A stretch of 64,000 bases of DNA from Desulfatiglandales bacterium (GCA_963667015.2 CAXXJJ010000001.1:2080001-2144000); one strand, 5' to 3'; positions 43,094-53,461 are shown, counted from the first letter of the stretch. Numbers and translations are program-made. Notes: generated by a model from the sequence alone, not told the origin.

Positions 43094-44611
43094 CTAAACC
43101 CCTCCCGAAAAGGCCTTCAGGGTGTAATATAGATCATTCCACTTGAGCTCCTTTTTAAAGTATCCCATATCCGTCTTATCGTCGATCAGGACCATCTCAA
43201 TACCGCACATCTCGCAAAAATCGGTCAGCATCTCTGTTGTTATCGCCTTGCTGTAACCGGTATGATGGGCGCCGCCCCCTAGTATCCATGCATGTGAGGC
43301 CGTCTCCAGGTCAGGTTTGGGTTTCCATAGAACCCTGGCTACAGGAAGCCTGGGAAGCTTTTCTGTGGTATTGACCGTGCGGACTTCGTTCACAAGCAGC
43401 CTGAAGCGGTTTCCCATATCGATCAGGGATGCATTAAGTGAATCTCCTTCCGGTACATTAAATACCATCCGGACCGGGTCTTCCTTGCCGCCGATTCCCA
43501 GGGGATGTATTTCAAGTTTCACCTTTTCCGATTCCGATATGGTCGGGCAGACCTCCAGCATGTGGGCACCCAGGACCATCTGATCTGCGGGATCCAGGTG
43601 ATAGGTGTAATCCTCCATAAAGGAGGTTCCTCCTGACAGGCCTTTGCCCATAACCTTCATGGCCCGCACCAGCAGGGCGGTTTTCCAGTCCCCTTCTGCG
43701 CCGAAACCGTATCCCTTTTCCATCAGTCTCTGGCACGCAAAACCGGGAAGCTGCTTCATGCCTTCCAGGTCTTCAAAGGTCGTGGTAAAGGCGACAAAAC
43801 TTCCATTCACCAGAAAGTCCTCCATCCCGATCTCAAGCCGGGCGGCCTCCCTGAGGTCATCATGCCGGCTGCCTCCGGGAAGGAGCTCTTCGTCAATATC
43901 GTAGGCCCCCTGGTATTCCTTTATTACTGCGTCAATCCGGCTCTCTTCCACTTCCCTGATTCCGGCTACCAGATCACCCACTCCAAATCCGTACACATCA
44001 AAACCAAAGGCGATCTGGGCGGCAACCTTGTCACCTTCTGTTACAGCCACATCTCTCATGTTGTCCCCGAAGCGGGCCACCTTTGCGCCCCTGACATCCT
44101 TAAGGGCCGCTGCGGCACGAATCCAGGAACCGATCTTCCTGTGAACATTATCGTCCTTCCAAAAGCCTGCAACCACCTTCCGTTCTATTTTCATCCGTGT
44201 ATTGATGTATCCATGTTCCCGGTCCCCGTGGGCGGCCTGGTTGAGGTTCATGAAGTCCATATCAATTTCATCCCAGGGGATATCCCTGTTGTACTGTGTG
44301 TGCAGGTGGAGGATCGGCTTGGTCAACACCTTAAGGCCGTTGATCCACATTTTAGATGGTGAAAAGGTATGCATCCACAGGACAACACCGCCGCACTGGT
44401 CATCTGCGCTGGCCCTGGTGCAGAAATCGGTTATTTCCTGCGGGGTGGTCAGAATACCTTTAAACTGAATCTCCGCCGGAATAATATCCAGGCTGTTCAT
44501 ATATCCGGTGATCTCTTCGGTATGCGACCGGACCTGTTTCAGGGTTTCTTCCCCGTAGAGGTGCTGACTCCCCGAAACCATCCATATGGTCATGTTTTCA
44601 TATGCTTTCAT
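43094..44611 (-). CDS. araA: L-arabinose isomerase
   Basis: [60 protein letters not shown] 44611 follows a GAAAGGA SD. Confidence 0.97.
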   Translation of the reverse strand: MKAYENMTIWMVSGSQHLYGEETLKQVRSHTEEITGYMNSLDIIPAEIQFKGILTTPQEITDFCTRASADDQCGGVVLWMHTFSPSKMWINGLKVLTKPILHLHTQYNRDIPWDEIDMDFMNLNQAAHGDREHGYINTRMKIERKVVAGFWKDDNVHRKIGSWIRAAAALKDVRGAKVARFGDNMRDVAVTEGDKVAAQIAFGFDVYGFGVGDLVAGIREVEESRIDAVIKEYQGAYDIDEELLPGGSRHDDLREAARLEIGMEDFLVNGSFVAFTTTFEDLEGMKQLPGFACQRLMEKGYGFGAEGDWKTALLVRAMKVMGKGLSGGTSFMEDYTYHLDPADQMVLGAHMLEVCPTISESEKVKLEIHPLGIGGKEDPVRMVFNVPEGDSLNASLIDMGNRFRLLVNEVRTVNTTEKLPRLPVARVLWKPKPDLETASHAWILGGGAHHTGYSKAITTEMLTDFCEMCGIEMVLIDDKTDMGYFKKELKWNDLYYTLKAFSGGV

Positions 44612-44656
44612 ATTGTTTCCTTTCATTTCAGAACATAACGGCAAATTATTATATTT

Positions 44657-45745
44657 TTAAAAATTTATCAATTCCCGGTTGAATACGCAATGCAGGTTTC
44701 TCTCGAGCATTGTCGGGATACAGCTGTTGCAGGATGTACACAAAGATTTATTCGACGATCCCTCTCTGAACTTTTTAACAATATGCTGATCCATAATAAA
44801 GGGTCTGCACATTGAAATGGCGTCTGCAATATCGTCATCCACTACCTTTTCCATCTCGGAGAAATCCCTCATCCCTCCCACCAGTATCAACGGTTTTGAT
44901 ATGGCCTTTCTTGCCTTTTTACATTCATCAACATAGTAGGGGTTTGTTGCATCCGGCCTGATGTGGTTAAAGGGGACTTCCTCAACCCCTTCACTTACCT
45001 CTATTGCATCCATGCCTGCATCAATAAACATGTTGGCAGAGTTGATGCCTTCATCCACGCTCTTGCCCTCGGGATGATACTCCTTCATCCCCATTTTGAT
45101 CAGGATCGGATAATCCGGTCCAATAGCCTTTCTCAGGCCTTTGGTAATTTCTACCACAAAGGTTGCCCGGTTTGATGCAGAACCTCCCCACTTGTCATTT
45201 CTTTTGTTTGTGACAGGTGAGAGGAAGGTGCTGACAAGCCAGCCGTGTGCAGCATGAATCTGGACCCCGTCAAAGCCGGCCTCGGCTGCCCTGACCCCGG
45301 CCTTCACGAATTCATCCACCTTTTCTTCCACCTCGTCCGAAGAGAGTTCTCTTACCTCGAGATTGTTTGCCGGATTTACTGTTTCTGACGGCCCTACGGT
45401 CTGTAACCCGCAAAGCTCAGGATTCCCGAACCAGCCTGCATGCATGAGCTGCGCTACTATCCTGCTGCCATTGTCATGGACCGTGTCGGTTATCTTTTTC
45501 AGGGACGGTATCATTTCATCAGTATGAATACCGAGCTGTCCCGGGGCGGCCCAGCCGTCCAGGCTAGGGAATAAACCGCTTGAAACAATAAGCCCGACCT
45601 CGCCCTTTGAAAGCTCTCTGTAAAAATCAAGCTGTGCATCGGTCACAAGCTGGTTTTCCCCAAGGTTGTCAACTGTTGCGGAACGGACAAAACGATTTTT
45701 GATAATTAAACTGTTTATCTGTAATGGTTTAAATAACTTGGACAT
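44657..45745 (-). CDS. NADH:flavin oxidoreductase (Old Yellow Enzyme family)
   Basis: KNRFVRSAT, QLMHAG, AGFDGVQIHAAHG, FLSP.TN.R.D.WGG, C-terminal CxxCxxC...C. Confidence 0.92.
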   Translation of the reverse strand: MSKLFKPLQINSLIIKNRFVRSATVDNLGENQLVTDAQLDFYRELSKGEVGLIVSSGLFPSLDGWAAPGQLGIHTDEMIPSLKKITDTVHDNGSRIVAQLMHAGWFGNPELCGLQTVGPSETVNPANNLEVRELSSDEVEEKVDEFVKAGVRAAEAGFDGVQIHAAHGWLVSTFLSPVTNKRNDKWGGSASNRATFVVEITKGLRKAIGPDYPILIKMGMKEYHPEGKSVDEGINSANMFIDAGMDAIEVSEGVEEVPFNHIRPDATNPYYVDECKKARKAISKPLILVGGMRDFSEMEKVVDDDIADAISMCRPFIMDQHIVKKFREGSSNKSLCTSCNSCIPTMLERNLHCVFNRELINF

Positions 45746-45787
45746 TTTTCTTTACACCTTTTTATCTGGAGTTAATAATAGTAAACC

Positions 45788-47308
45788 TTATTTCTGCTTT
45801 TTTAAGAACTGCCTGATCAGAAATTTCATAAGGTCGTCGGGTTCTCTATTGCTTACTGACACTTCGTCATAGAAGCATATTCTATTTTGATCCTCTTCGG
45901 TATAAGGCTTCCACAGGGGCATATCAGATCCGTCCGCGTCCTTACCGTTCGGGTCCCCGTTGCGGATAAAGTTTGCCCAGTAGTTGCACATTTTACGTGC
46001 CAGATCATAATGCTTTCCTACAAAGGGACGCCAGCATTTTGCCAGTGTCTCGAAAAAGAACCAGAGATCAACCGAATGAAAAGCGCCCGGATTATCCCAG
46101 CCGGGAATCTCCGCATTAAACACCCAGTAATATATGGGGGTTTTATCACCTGTCCTTGCCTTTGCCTTTCCGATAAGCCTGATGGAATATTCCAGGTGGC
46201 TTACAGTTGCCCTGTAGAGCATTTCGGAAATACTGCCGGTCCCGGATGCGCATAATTTAAGAAATTCATCCGCATCGTCTCCATATGTCTCCCTGGCAAA
46301 GGCCTCAAATTCCTCAACACTCTTGACCAGCGGGCGGTCAGGAAACTCTGTGGCAGTGTGACCGAACAACATGGGTACCAGGTGGCATTTATTTTCCATT
46401 AACAGCCTGTGGGAATCACCTGTATGAAATTTACCATCAATTACAGGACCCCAGAAGGCCCTGTATTCCACCATCCTGTCTCTTAGGGTTACTGCATCCA
46501 GACTGCGGGCCTCTTCAAGGGAAGATACCCCTAAATATTTAAAGAATTCAACACCTGCCTGTTCAGCTTTGGATAAATCCTGTTCTTCGTGAAAAAGGGT
46601 TCCCGGATAAGCTGTCATTGCCAGACCGCTGTCGACAATAGCCTTCTGGAACAGCCCTTCGTTCTGAGGTGAGGTAACATGATCCATTACGCTGCCGCCT
46701 CCTGCAGACTGCCCGCCGATTGTGATATTGTCAGGGTCACCTCCGAATGCTGCTATATTCCGTTTTACCCAGCGCGTGCCGAACTGCTGGTCAAGAAGGC
46801 CGAAGTTGGCTGGAGCTTCAGGGTTTTCAGCAGTGATCTCAGGATGGCACATAAAGCCGAATACATTCAATCTGTAATTGATGGTAACCACGACAATTCC
46901 GCGTCTTGCTATGCGCTCGCCGTCAAATTCCATTTCCGCAGTATTCCCTTCCTGAAATCCGCCTCCGAAATACCATACAAACACCGGCAGCTTTTCGTCT
47001 GCCTTTTTAGCGGGTGTCCATACATTGAGGTGCAGAGAATCTTCATCCATCTCGATTGATGTGTCTACATTCCATTCCAGTGTATAGATTATTTCAGGGT
47101 CTTCACCGGGTATATGCTGCATGGAGATCGGTGCAAACTTACAGGCATACAGAACCCCATCCCAGTCCCTGGCCGGCTGGGGAGCCCTCCAGCGGTTTTC
47201 ACCAACCGGCGGGGCGGCAAAGGGGATACCCTTAAAGGATGTTATGCGCGGATCAGCGGCCGGCAGCCCCTCAACCACACCGTTTTCAACTGTGACTCTT
47301 TTTAACAT
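45788..47308 (-). CDS. Type-B carboxylesterase (cytoplasmic)
   Basis: FKGIPFAAPPVG..RW, EDSLHLNVW, GGGF, GQSAGG, AFHSVDL. Confidence 0.93.
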   Translation of the reverse strand: MLKRVTVENGVVEGLPAADPRITSFKGIPFAAPPVGENRWRAPQPARDWDGVLYACKFAPISMQHIPGEDPEIIYTLEWNVDTSIEMDEDSLHLNVWTPAKKADEKLPVFVWYFGGGFQEGNTAEMEFDGERIARRGIVVVTINYRLNVFGFMCHPEITAENPEAPANFGLLDQQFGTRWVKRNIAAFGGDPDNITIGGQSAGGGSVMDHVTSPQNEGLFQKAIVDSGLAMTAYPGTLFHEEQDLSKAEQAGVEFFKYLGVSSLEEARSLDAVTLRDRMVEYRAFWGPVIDGKFHTGDSHRLLMENKCHLVPMLFGHTATEFPDRPLVKSVEEFEAFARETYGDDADEFLKLCASGTGSISEMLYRATVSHLEYSIRLIGKAKARTGDKTPIYYWVFNAEIPGWDNPGAFHSVDLWFFFETLAKCWRPFVGKHYDLARKMCNYWANFIRNGDPNGKDADGSDMPLWKPYTEEDQNRICFYDEVSVSNREPDDLMKFLIRQFLKKQK

Positions 47309-47445
47309 ATTGCTTCTCCTTCCAGATTTTCATACCTTTATTTCCCTGGGAAATAATTCGTAATATAAAAATTATTTATCGATCCTTACCCTGATCTATG
47401 TAAAGGGGGAAAGATAATGCTATTAAAGCCAGCAGCACTAAGATT

Positions 47446-49014
47446 TTATTTTTCATTATTATCCTCAACCTGTGGCGGTGCTGTTTCAGGTTTTATTTTT
47501 GAAAATCCGGTCTTTATCTCGAGTGGATCGGCGATGTACATATATTTGTCCTCCTCTTTTTTATAGACGGGCCATTCTGCCATTCCTGCGACATTGGGGT
47601 CTCCTGTACGTGCAAACTGTGTCCACATCTTCATCATGGCTTCCGAGACCCTTTTGTCAGCTTCCGAGAGCCCCGGATCGTTCGGATCCTTTGCTCCGGA
47701 CTGGCTGGCGAGACCGTACATAAGAGGCCACCATACGCTCCGGTTGTCATAGTCTCCAAAGACATAGAGAACTTCCATCGCGTGTGTTGATACAGCCCCT
47801 GCGGCCCTCCATTTGCCCGGCACCTGATCAAATATTGCCGCATAGCTTTTTACACCTGCCATGTTCTGGAATTCATGCATGTTCACATAGGCTGGTATAA
47901 GCTGAGGCAGCAGAAGTCCTCCCGGGCCGGTTATCTCTCCCAGGTTGGCAACAGTGATTAAAGGCACCGCATTATATTCCCCGGACCTGAAAAGCTCCAG
48001 AGGTGATTTAGGCAGAAACCATCCGTCTATAGCCGCATCATCAGGACCCATGCCGGTTGCACTGCCCTGTATTTCCTTCATCATGGCGTCTCTTGCCTCC
48101 ATGACCTTTTCAAACGGAAGCGCCCTTGCTGCCTTAAGGGGATCTTCTGTTCCGCTGACGCCCAGTTTGTCAAATAGTTTTTCTCCCAGTTCCTCCATCT
48201 CCTTCAGGCTTCTGCCGTTTAAAAAACCTCCTATGGATGAACCGCTCTCGCAGATAGCCCGGTGAAACAGACCTTTGGCCATTGGCGAGGCCATGAGGGT
48301 TGATACCTTTGATCCTCCGCCTGATTCTCCGAAGATAGTTACATTATCGGGATTCCCTCCAAAAACCGATATGTTTCTTTTAACCCATTTAAGGGCTGCC
48401 AGCATGTCCAGGAACATGTAGTTGCCCGATGAGTTATCGGGTGATTCCGCAGTCAGCAGGGGATGGGCGAGCAGTCCGAATGTATTGAGCCTCATTGTGA
48501 CATTGACAAGCACAACACCGTGCCCGGGCAGACGGGGAAGGTTGCAGAGCTGATCATTGCCGGACCCGGAGGAGTATCCTCCTCCATGCAGCCATACCAT
48601 TACGGGCAGGGATTCTCCCGCTGTTCTGGCAGGTGTCATGACATTAAGATAAAGGCAGTCTTCGCTTTGGGGTTCCTGTTCAAGGCCTGCCATTCCGGCC
48701 TGGGGAGGTGTTTTTGTAAAAGCCGTGCACTGGCGTATCTCCTTCCATGGAGTAGCCGGCTGGGGCGGTTTCCACCTGAGATCACCAACCGGAGGCGCTG
48801 CATATGGTATGCCTCTGTAGGCCCTTACCGGATTATCCACATCACCTATCAGGGTGCCGGAAATATAACCTGTATCTATCTTTAACGGATCGGAGAAAGG
48901 TGCAGGTGCAGCGGCTTTTTCAATCTTCTCTTCCTGTTTTGTACATCCGGACAGGATAATTCCTGCGGATAAAAGACAAATAAACAGTACAGCCAAGATT
49001 TTTTTTAACGACAT
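47446..49014 (-). CDS. Type-B carboxylesterase, lipoprotein
   Basis: Lipobox LSGC, GIPYAAPPVGDLRW, SEDCLYLNV, HGGG, GESGGG, STHAME. Confidence 0.93.
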   Translation of the reverse strand: MSLKKILAVLFICLLSAGIILSGCTKQEEKIEKAAAPAPFSDPLKIDTGYISGTLIGDVDNPVRAYRGIPYAAPPVGDLRWKPPQPATPWKEIRQCTAFTKTPPQAGMAGLEQEPQSEDCLYLNVMTPARTAGESLPVMVWLHGGGYSSGSGNDQLCNLPRLPGHGVVLVNVTMRLNTFGLLAHPLLTAESPDNSSGNYMFLDMLAALKWVKRNISVFGGNPDNVTIFGESGGGSKVSTLMASPMAKGLFHRAICESGSSIGGFLNGRSLKEMEELGEKLFDKLGVSGTEDPLKAARALPFEKVMEARDAMMKEIQGSATGMGPDDAAIDGWFLPKSPLELFRSGEYNAVPLITVANLGEITGPGGLLLPQLIPAYVNMHEFQNMAGVKSYAAIFDQVPGKWRAAGAVSTHAMEVLYVFGDYDNRSVWWPLMYGLASQSGAKDPNDPGLSEADKRVSEAMMKMWTQFARTGDPNVAGMAEWPVYKKEEDKYMYIADPLEIKTGFSKIKPETAPPQVEDNNEK

Positions 49015-49068
49015 TTTAAGCCCTCCTTCGTGGAATAATTATGAATATGCGGTGCAGCCCGGTATTTT

Positions 49069-50352
49069 TTAAATTCCCATTAAAATGATACCTATATAAA
49101 TTAACAGGTTTACAAAAGGCCAGACCAGCAGACTGTTAAAAATCCTGGTTCGTTTTTCTTCATCGTCAATACAGGCTATTACTAGACCGCCGCTTCCTGA
49201 AAAAGGAGATACTGAGGTGGCAATGGAACCCACTGCAATTGCGGAAAAAAACAGCCCGGGAGAAAATGTCAACCCGGTCGCAAGCGCCGGGACAAGGGCA
49301 AAGAAGGTTGTATTAACAACAAAGCCGCTTACGAACAGGCTCATTACGCCGGAAAAAACCGAGAGTAAAACCTGTACAAGAACTCCGGACATACTGCTGC
49401 CTGACAGATAATCGGACATCAGTTCTATTATGCCGGTTTTTCCTGCAACTGCAATCAGCATTCCCATGCCGCAGATTGTTGTAAGGGCATGCCATGGCAC
49501 CCTCGCAAACACCTTTTTTTCATCCCCCAGGTCTAACAGCTTGCACAGGATCGAGGCCATAAAGGCAATAAAGGTCAGGTATATTTTGTCACTTATTCGG
49601 CTGAAAAATGTTATTGGAAATAATGCTCCAAGCAGAGGGGGCGCCAGAAGAACGAAGATAAAAATACCGATTACCATAAGCGTTTTAAGCTGTTCAGGGC
49701 TGTAGGGTTCAGGTTTTTCCAGCACAGGGGACTTTACCCTGTATCCCTTAAAAAGGATGTATGAGGCGATAAACACGAAGGAGAAAAGCAGGGCGGCCTG
49801 AAACATTGCCTGTGTACCGAATGCACTGACAAGATCCGGGGAGTAACCGCCCACCTGGGCCGCCAGTTCCCTGATAAAAATGCCGATAGTGCTTACAGGT
49901 GAAAAACCTCCCATACTTATTCCGGAGACGACCGAAATAGATGCCAGGAGGTAATTCATACGGGTTATTTTCGCAATGGATATGGCAACGGGAATCAGCA
50001 TGACAGTTGCCCCGTCACCGGCTCCTATACCCGATATCATGATTGCGATTGCAAAAAGGGCGATTGCAATAAGCCATGGCTTTTTTCTCGAAGCGTATAC
50101 AATCTTAAGTGACAGTTTTTCCAGGGAACCGTTCAGAACGGAATACCCGTAAAAAAAGGTTACAGAAAAAAGCATCATAAAAATTTTTATGGGCCAGAGG
50201 GTCACAATATCCCTGGGCTTTATATCAAGTACAAAAACTCCCAGGATATATGAGGCGGCAATGGCCCAGAGTCCGATATTGCTTTTTGTAAAATAACCAA
50301 GCAGAATCACTAAAATAATTGCTGTTAAACAGATATAGACAGTATCCGGCAT
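49069..50352 (-). CDS. SLC13/IT-superfamily carboxylate transporter (MatC-like)
   Basis: About 11-12 TM segments, NIGLWA, WP...F..LFSVTFFYG....NG.LE, two SP.S repeats. Confidence 0.78.
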   Translation of the reverse strand: MPDTVYICLTAIILVILLGYFTKSNIGLWAIAASYILGVFVLDIKPRDIVTLWPIKIFMMLFSVTFFYGYSVLNGSLEKLSLKIVYASRKKPWLIAIALFAIAIMISGIGAGDGATVMLIPVAISIAKITRMNYLLASISVVSGISMGGFSPVSTIGIFIRELAAQVGGYSPDLVSAFGTQAMFQAALLFSFVFIASYILFKGYRVKSPVLEKPEPYSPEQLKTLMVIGIFIFVLLAPPLLGALFPITFFSRISDKIYLTFIAFMASILCKLLDLGDEKKVFARVPWHALTTICGMGMLIAVAGKTGIIELMSDYLSGSSMSGVLVQVLLSVFSGVMSLFVSGFVVNTTFFALVPALATGLTFSPGLFFSAIAVGSIATSVSPFSGSGGLVIACIDDEEKRTRIFNSLLVWPFVNLLIYIGIILMGI

Positions 50353-50405
50353 TTTAATCCTGTTTCTCTCTTTTCAGGCGGCAGTCAGACCTGATTCAGG
50401 TAATG

Positions 50406-51326
50406 TTAAATCAATCCTTCCCCTTTTATCCAGGTCAGAAAAAGATCAGACCATGCGTCACTGGGTAGTCCCTGTTTTTTTATGCCGAAACCTCCTCTTC
50501 CCTTTGAAAAGACGTGAAGTTCTGCTGATTTGCCTGCCTCGTCCCATACGGAATAGAGTGCAACGCAGCCCAGGGATACGGGTTTATGATTTTGTTCCAC
50601 CGCAATAAACAATGGAGGGGCATTTTCAGGGACATGAACATCCACCATTGAAGGACCGTAGAGACAGGCGACAAAATTGGGATAGCCCTCGGGGTCATTC
50701 AGAAGGGCAGTCCCTATGGCAACACCGCCGCCTGCTGAAAAGCCCATGATACCTATTTTTTGGGGATCAATGTTCCACTTCTTTGCATTCTTGCGTACCA
50801 GGCGGATAGCCTGCTGGCCGTCACTGGTTGCCAGGCGGATAACATTATTCAGCTCATGGTTATCGGGAGCAGGATTTGCGTTTGCATATTTGAGTGACAA
50901 TTTAACCTTTGAAGGATCCATAGGCGGCATTTTTGCGTTACCGGGGTTATAGAGCCTGTATTTAAGGATAAAGGCAGCAAATCCCTGTTTATTCAGCCAT
51001 TCGGCCAAAGCGCTGTCCAGGCTCAGCATACGGAATGCCCCGGCAGGACATATTATAACCGCAGCCCCGTTGGCTGTAGAAGGATCAGGCAGGTATGCTG
51101 TCATGGTGGGGTCAACAACATTCTGGACAACTGTCCCCCCGCCGGGAAAAGAAGATGTTTTCTCCTGATACTCCCAGTTCTCGGATCCCGGTGCCTTTCC
51201 TTCCCATAAACGGATTGTTTCCTGTGCGTTTATGGGAAGATTAATGGCAAGTATTAAAAACGTAATCAGGAAAAAAGTACTGACTCTCTTGTGGGAATAT
51301 TTAAAAAATATTTTGTCTGGTCTCAT
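50406..51326 (-). CDS. Secreted alpha/beta hydrolase (BD-FAE-like esterase)
   Basis: Signal peptide, PTMTAYLP, AVIICPAGAF, AFILKYRL, IGIMGFSAGG. Confidence 0.85.
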   Translation of the reverse strand: MRPDKIFFKYSHKRVSTFFLITFLILAINLPINAQETIRLWEGKAPGSENWEYQEKTSSFPGGGTVVQNVVDPTMTAYLPDPSTANGAAVIICPAGAFRMLSLDSALAEWLNKQGFAAFILKYRLYNPGNAKMPPMDPSKVKLSLKYANANPAPDNHELNNVIRLATSDGQQAIRLVRKNAKKWNIDPQKIGIMGFSAGGGVAIGTALLNDPEGYPNFVACLYGPSMVDVHVPENAPPLFIAVEQNHKPVSLGCVALYSVWDEAGKSAELHVFSKGRGGFGIKKQGLPSDAWSDLFLTWIKGEGLI

Positions 51327-51340
51327 TCGTTTTTCTCCAG

Positions 51341-53104
51341 TTATTTTACTGCACACTCATAGGATTCAGCCTTTTCAACCGGCCCACCCTTGTACTTCGG
51401 GTAGGCGGGGTAGGAGCACATTGGAAGGCTCCTGTTTCCGCCTGTAGCAATAGCTGACATGGGAGGAGCAATTCCTTTTTCAACCCAGTCGGTCAGAAGT
51501 TTGAACCGGTCAAACCCTGTCGGTATGGGTTCGGATGGAATTGACTTGCCGTCTCCATTAACCGCATAGTTGGACCCCATCAGGCCGTGGTTTGCCTGGG
51601 GAAGTACAAAAAAACGGGCAAATGAATCTACCTTTTTTCTTCCCATCGTATCTATTACCGACTGATAATAATCCAGCTGTGCGCCCGGAGAGGCAAGTGT
51701 ATCATTTGTGCCTATGGCAACTATCATCTTGCTTCCACGTTTGAAAAACGGGTCCAGATCAGGATCGGTTGAATCAAGAATTAAGGATATTTCCTTTCTC
51801 CTCTCATTGAATTTACCGCCCTCAATATAGTCGAGAGGATCGGCCTTGAGGTTCTGCATGAGGAATCCCGTGACTCCAAGCACTCCCATGTGGCTGTGTA
51901 CAGGTGCGTTTTCTGCAGCACCTTCCTGATTTTTATATCTCCTGGCTTCTATCAGTCCGCTGCCGGATGGATCGGTATTAGGCAGCCACATGCCGAATGA
52001 CTTGACATTATTGGCAAGCGGTGTTGCAAACTGATACCTGGTGTAGATAAAGTTCAGGGTGTCAATCTGGCCGTCTGTAAGGCATGCGCCGGCGCTTGTA
52101 TCCTCAGGATTGGGATCTTTATTGTCAGGACATCGTTTTGCCTTCCACGGATTTCTTCCCGGTTTTCCCTGCTTGACATCAAATATGGCCCTGCAGGCCA
52201 TGTAATTGTTGATGATTCCATCGGAAAGACCGTCCAGATTGTCGCATTGACGTATAAACTCACTTGCAATGGCATTTGTCTTGGCAGGGGTAACCCAGTT
52301 TTCAAGGGGCTTTTCCTGAATTCTGATAAGTTCGGGGGCCAGCATCAGGGTGGAAAAGTTTACAATTGGAACATTTGCCGCAATCCCGCTATAGTCCTCC
52401 GGATATCTCTGGGCCACGGTAAGAGCTTCTCTGCCTCCCTGGGATCCTCCAAAATAATAGTTGTATTGAGGTTTTTTGCCATATGCTCTTTCCATCAGCA
52501 CCATGGCTGCATCATGTGTCTTTTTCATCTGCATGTAGCCAAGGTTTTTTATTGCCTCTTCATTCAATGTCCAGTCATTTGGATTCCCGGCCGGGGGAGG
52601 TGTTTTTGCCGGTCTTTTTGAAAAGCCCGCCATGGGTCCCATCGAATGCCCGGAATCACTGCCGTATGTGGCATACCCGAGGCCTAAAAGAGTTGTCTTT
52701 GAGGACATATCCGTACCGCCTGTGAGATTAGGGATGAATCCGTTCATACCGGCCCCTCCCATCTGGGCAGCACGATAGCTGTACGAGGCGGGAAGCGCCA
52801 CGCGGAAATTGATCGGCCTGGCATTGGATTCCTTTGAAACAGGGGCGATTGAACCATCCACAGTGCAGTAGCCCGGGTTTGGTCCGTTGGCCTCTGTCCA
52901 TACGGGCGGTTTCAGGCTTACCCCGGAGACAGGTTCTCCAATGGCTGAAACGGGTATTGAACTCCCAAGCTTTTCAGCAGTACAGTCTGCCTCGGTTATG
53001 TTTATACTTTTTTCCTGTGCATTACAGTAGTTGATACTAAAAAAAAGTGAGACAAGGCTGATTGTTAAAAAAAATGTTGCTGTTTTTTTAAATTTTCCGT
53101 TCAT
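51341..53104 (-). CDS. Tannase/feruloyl esterase family hydrolase, secreted
   Basis: Signal peptide, YC.V.G.I, INFRVALP, GYATYGSDSGH, YFGGSQGGRE...AQRYPEDYSG, CDNLDGLSDGII, PMCSYPAYPKY. Confidence 0.9.
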   Translation of the reverse strand: MNGKFKKTATFFLTISLVSLFFSINYCNAQEKSINITEADCTAEKLGSSIPVSAIGEPVSGVSLKPPVWTEANGPNPGYCTVDGSIAPVSKESNARPINFRVALPASYSYRAAQMGGAGMNGFIPNLTGGTDMSSKTTLLGLGYATYGSDSGHSMGPMAGFSKRPAKTPPPAGNPNDWTLNEEAIKNLGYMQMKKTHDAAMVLMERAYGKKPQYNYYFGGSQGGREALTVAQRYPEDYSGIAANVPIVNFSTLMLAPELIRIQEKPLENWVTPAKTNAIASEFIRQCDNLDGLSDGIINNYMACRAIFDVKQGKPGRNPWKAKRCPDNKDPNPEDTSAGACLTDGQIDTLNFIYTRYQFATPLANNVKSFGMWLPNTDPSGSGLIEARRYKNQEGAAENAPVHSHMGVLGVTGFLMQNLKADPLDYIEGGKFNERRKEISLILDSTDPDLDPFFKRGSKMIVAIGTNDTLASPGAQLDYYQSVIDTMGRKKVDSFARFFVLPQANHGLMGSNYAVNGDGKSIPSEPIPTGFDRFKLLTDWVEKGIAPPMSAIATGGNRSLPMCSYPAYPKYKGGPVEKAESYECAVK

Positions 53105-53461
53105 TGTTTTTACTCCTGGTTTAATTTGCCCTATGGCATTTTGTTTGATGAACAACCAGTTGGCTTCAGTGCGAAGTCAGACCTGTAATGGAGAATATTT
53201 TCCTCCCTGCTGCTTTATAATCTTTTAGGGTATACTCAAATATGACTACGGCTATTTCCGTACGTTTCTATTTAATATTCTTAGGCTCAATTTTCAACCA
53301 TTGATCCGGATTTAAACAATATTTATTTTCCTTAAAGAACTTTGATGCATCTCACCATAAAACTGCCGCTTCATCCGGAAAACAGCAGAATCAGGCAATA
53401 TCTCTCTATCAGGTTCATTTATATACCGCTGTATTCCGCAACGGATCACGGAATTTTAAAT

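Noticed and set aside
53385..53420. Minus-strand GAACCTGAT...TGCCTG resembling part of a TPP riboswitch (similar ACCTGATTCAGGTAATG at 50389)
   Set aside because: The CTGAGA element and closing AGGGA are missing; the 50389 copy is on the non-coding strand.
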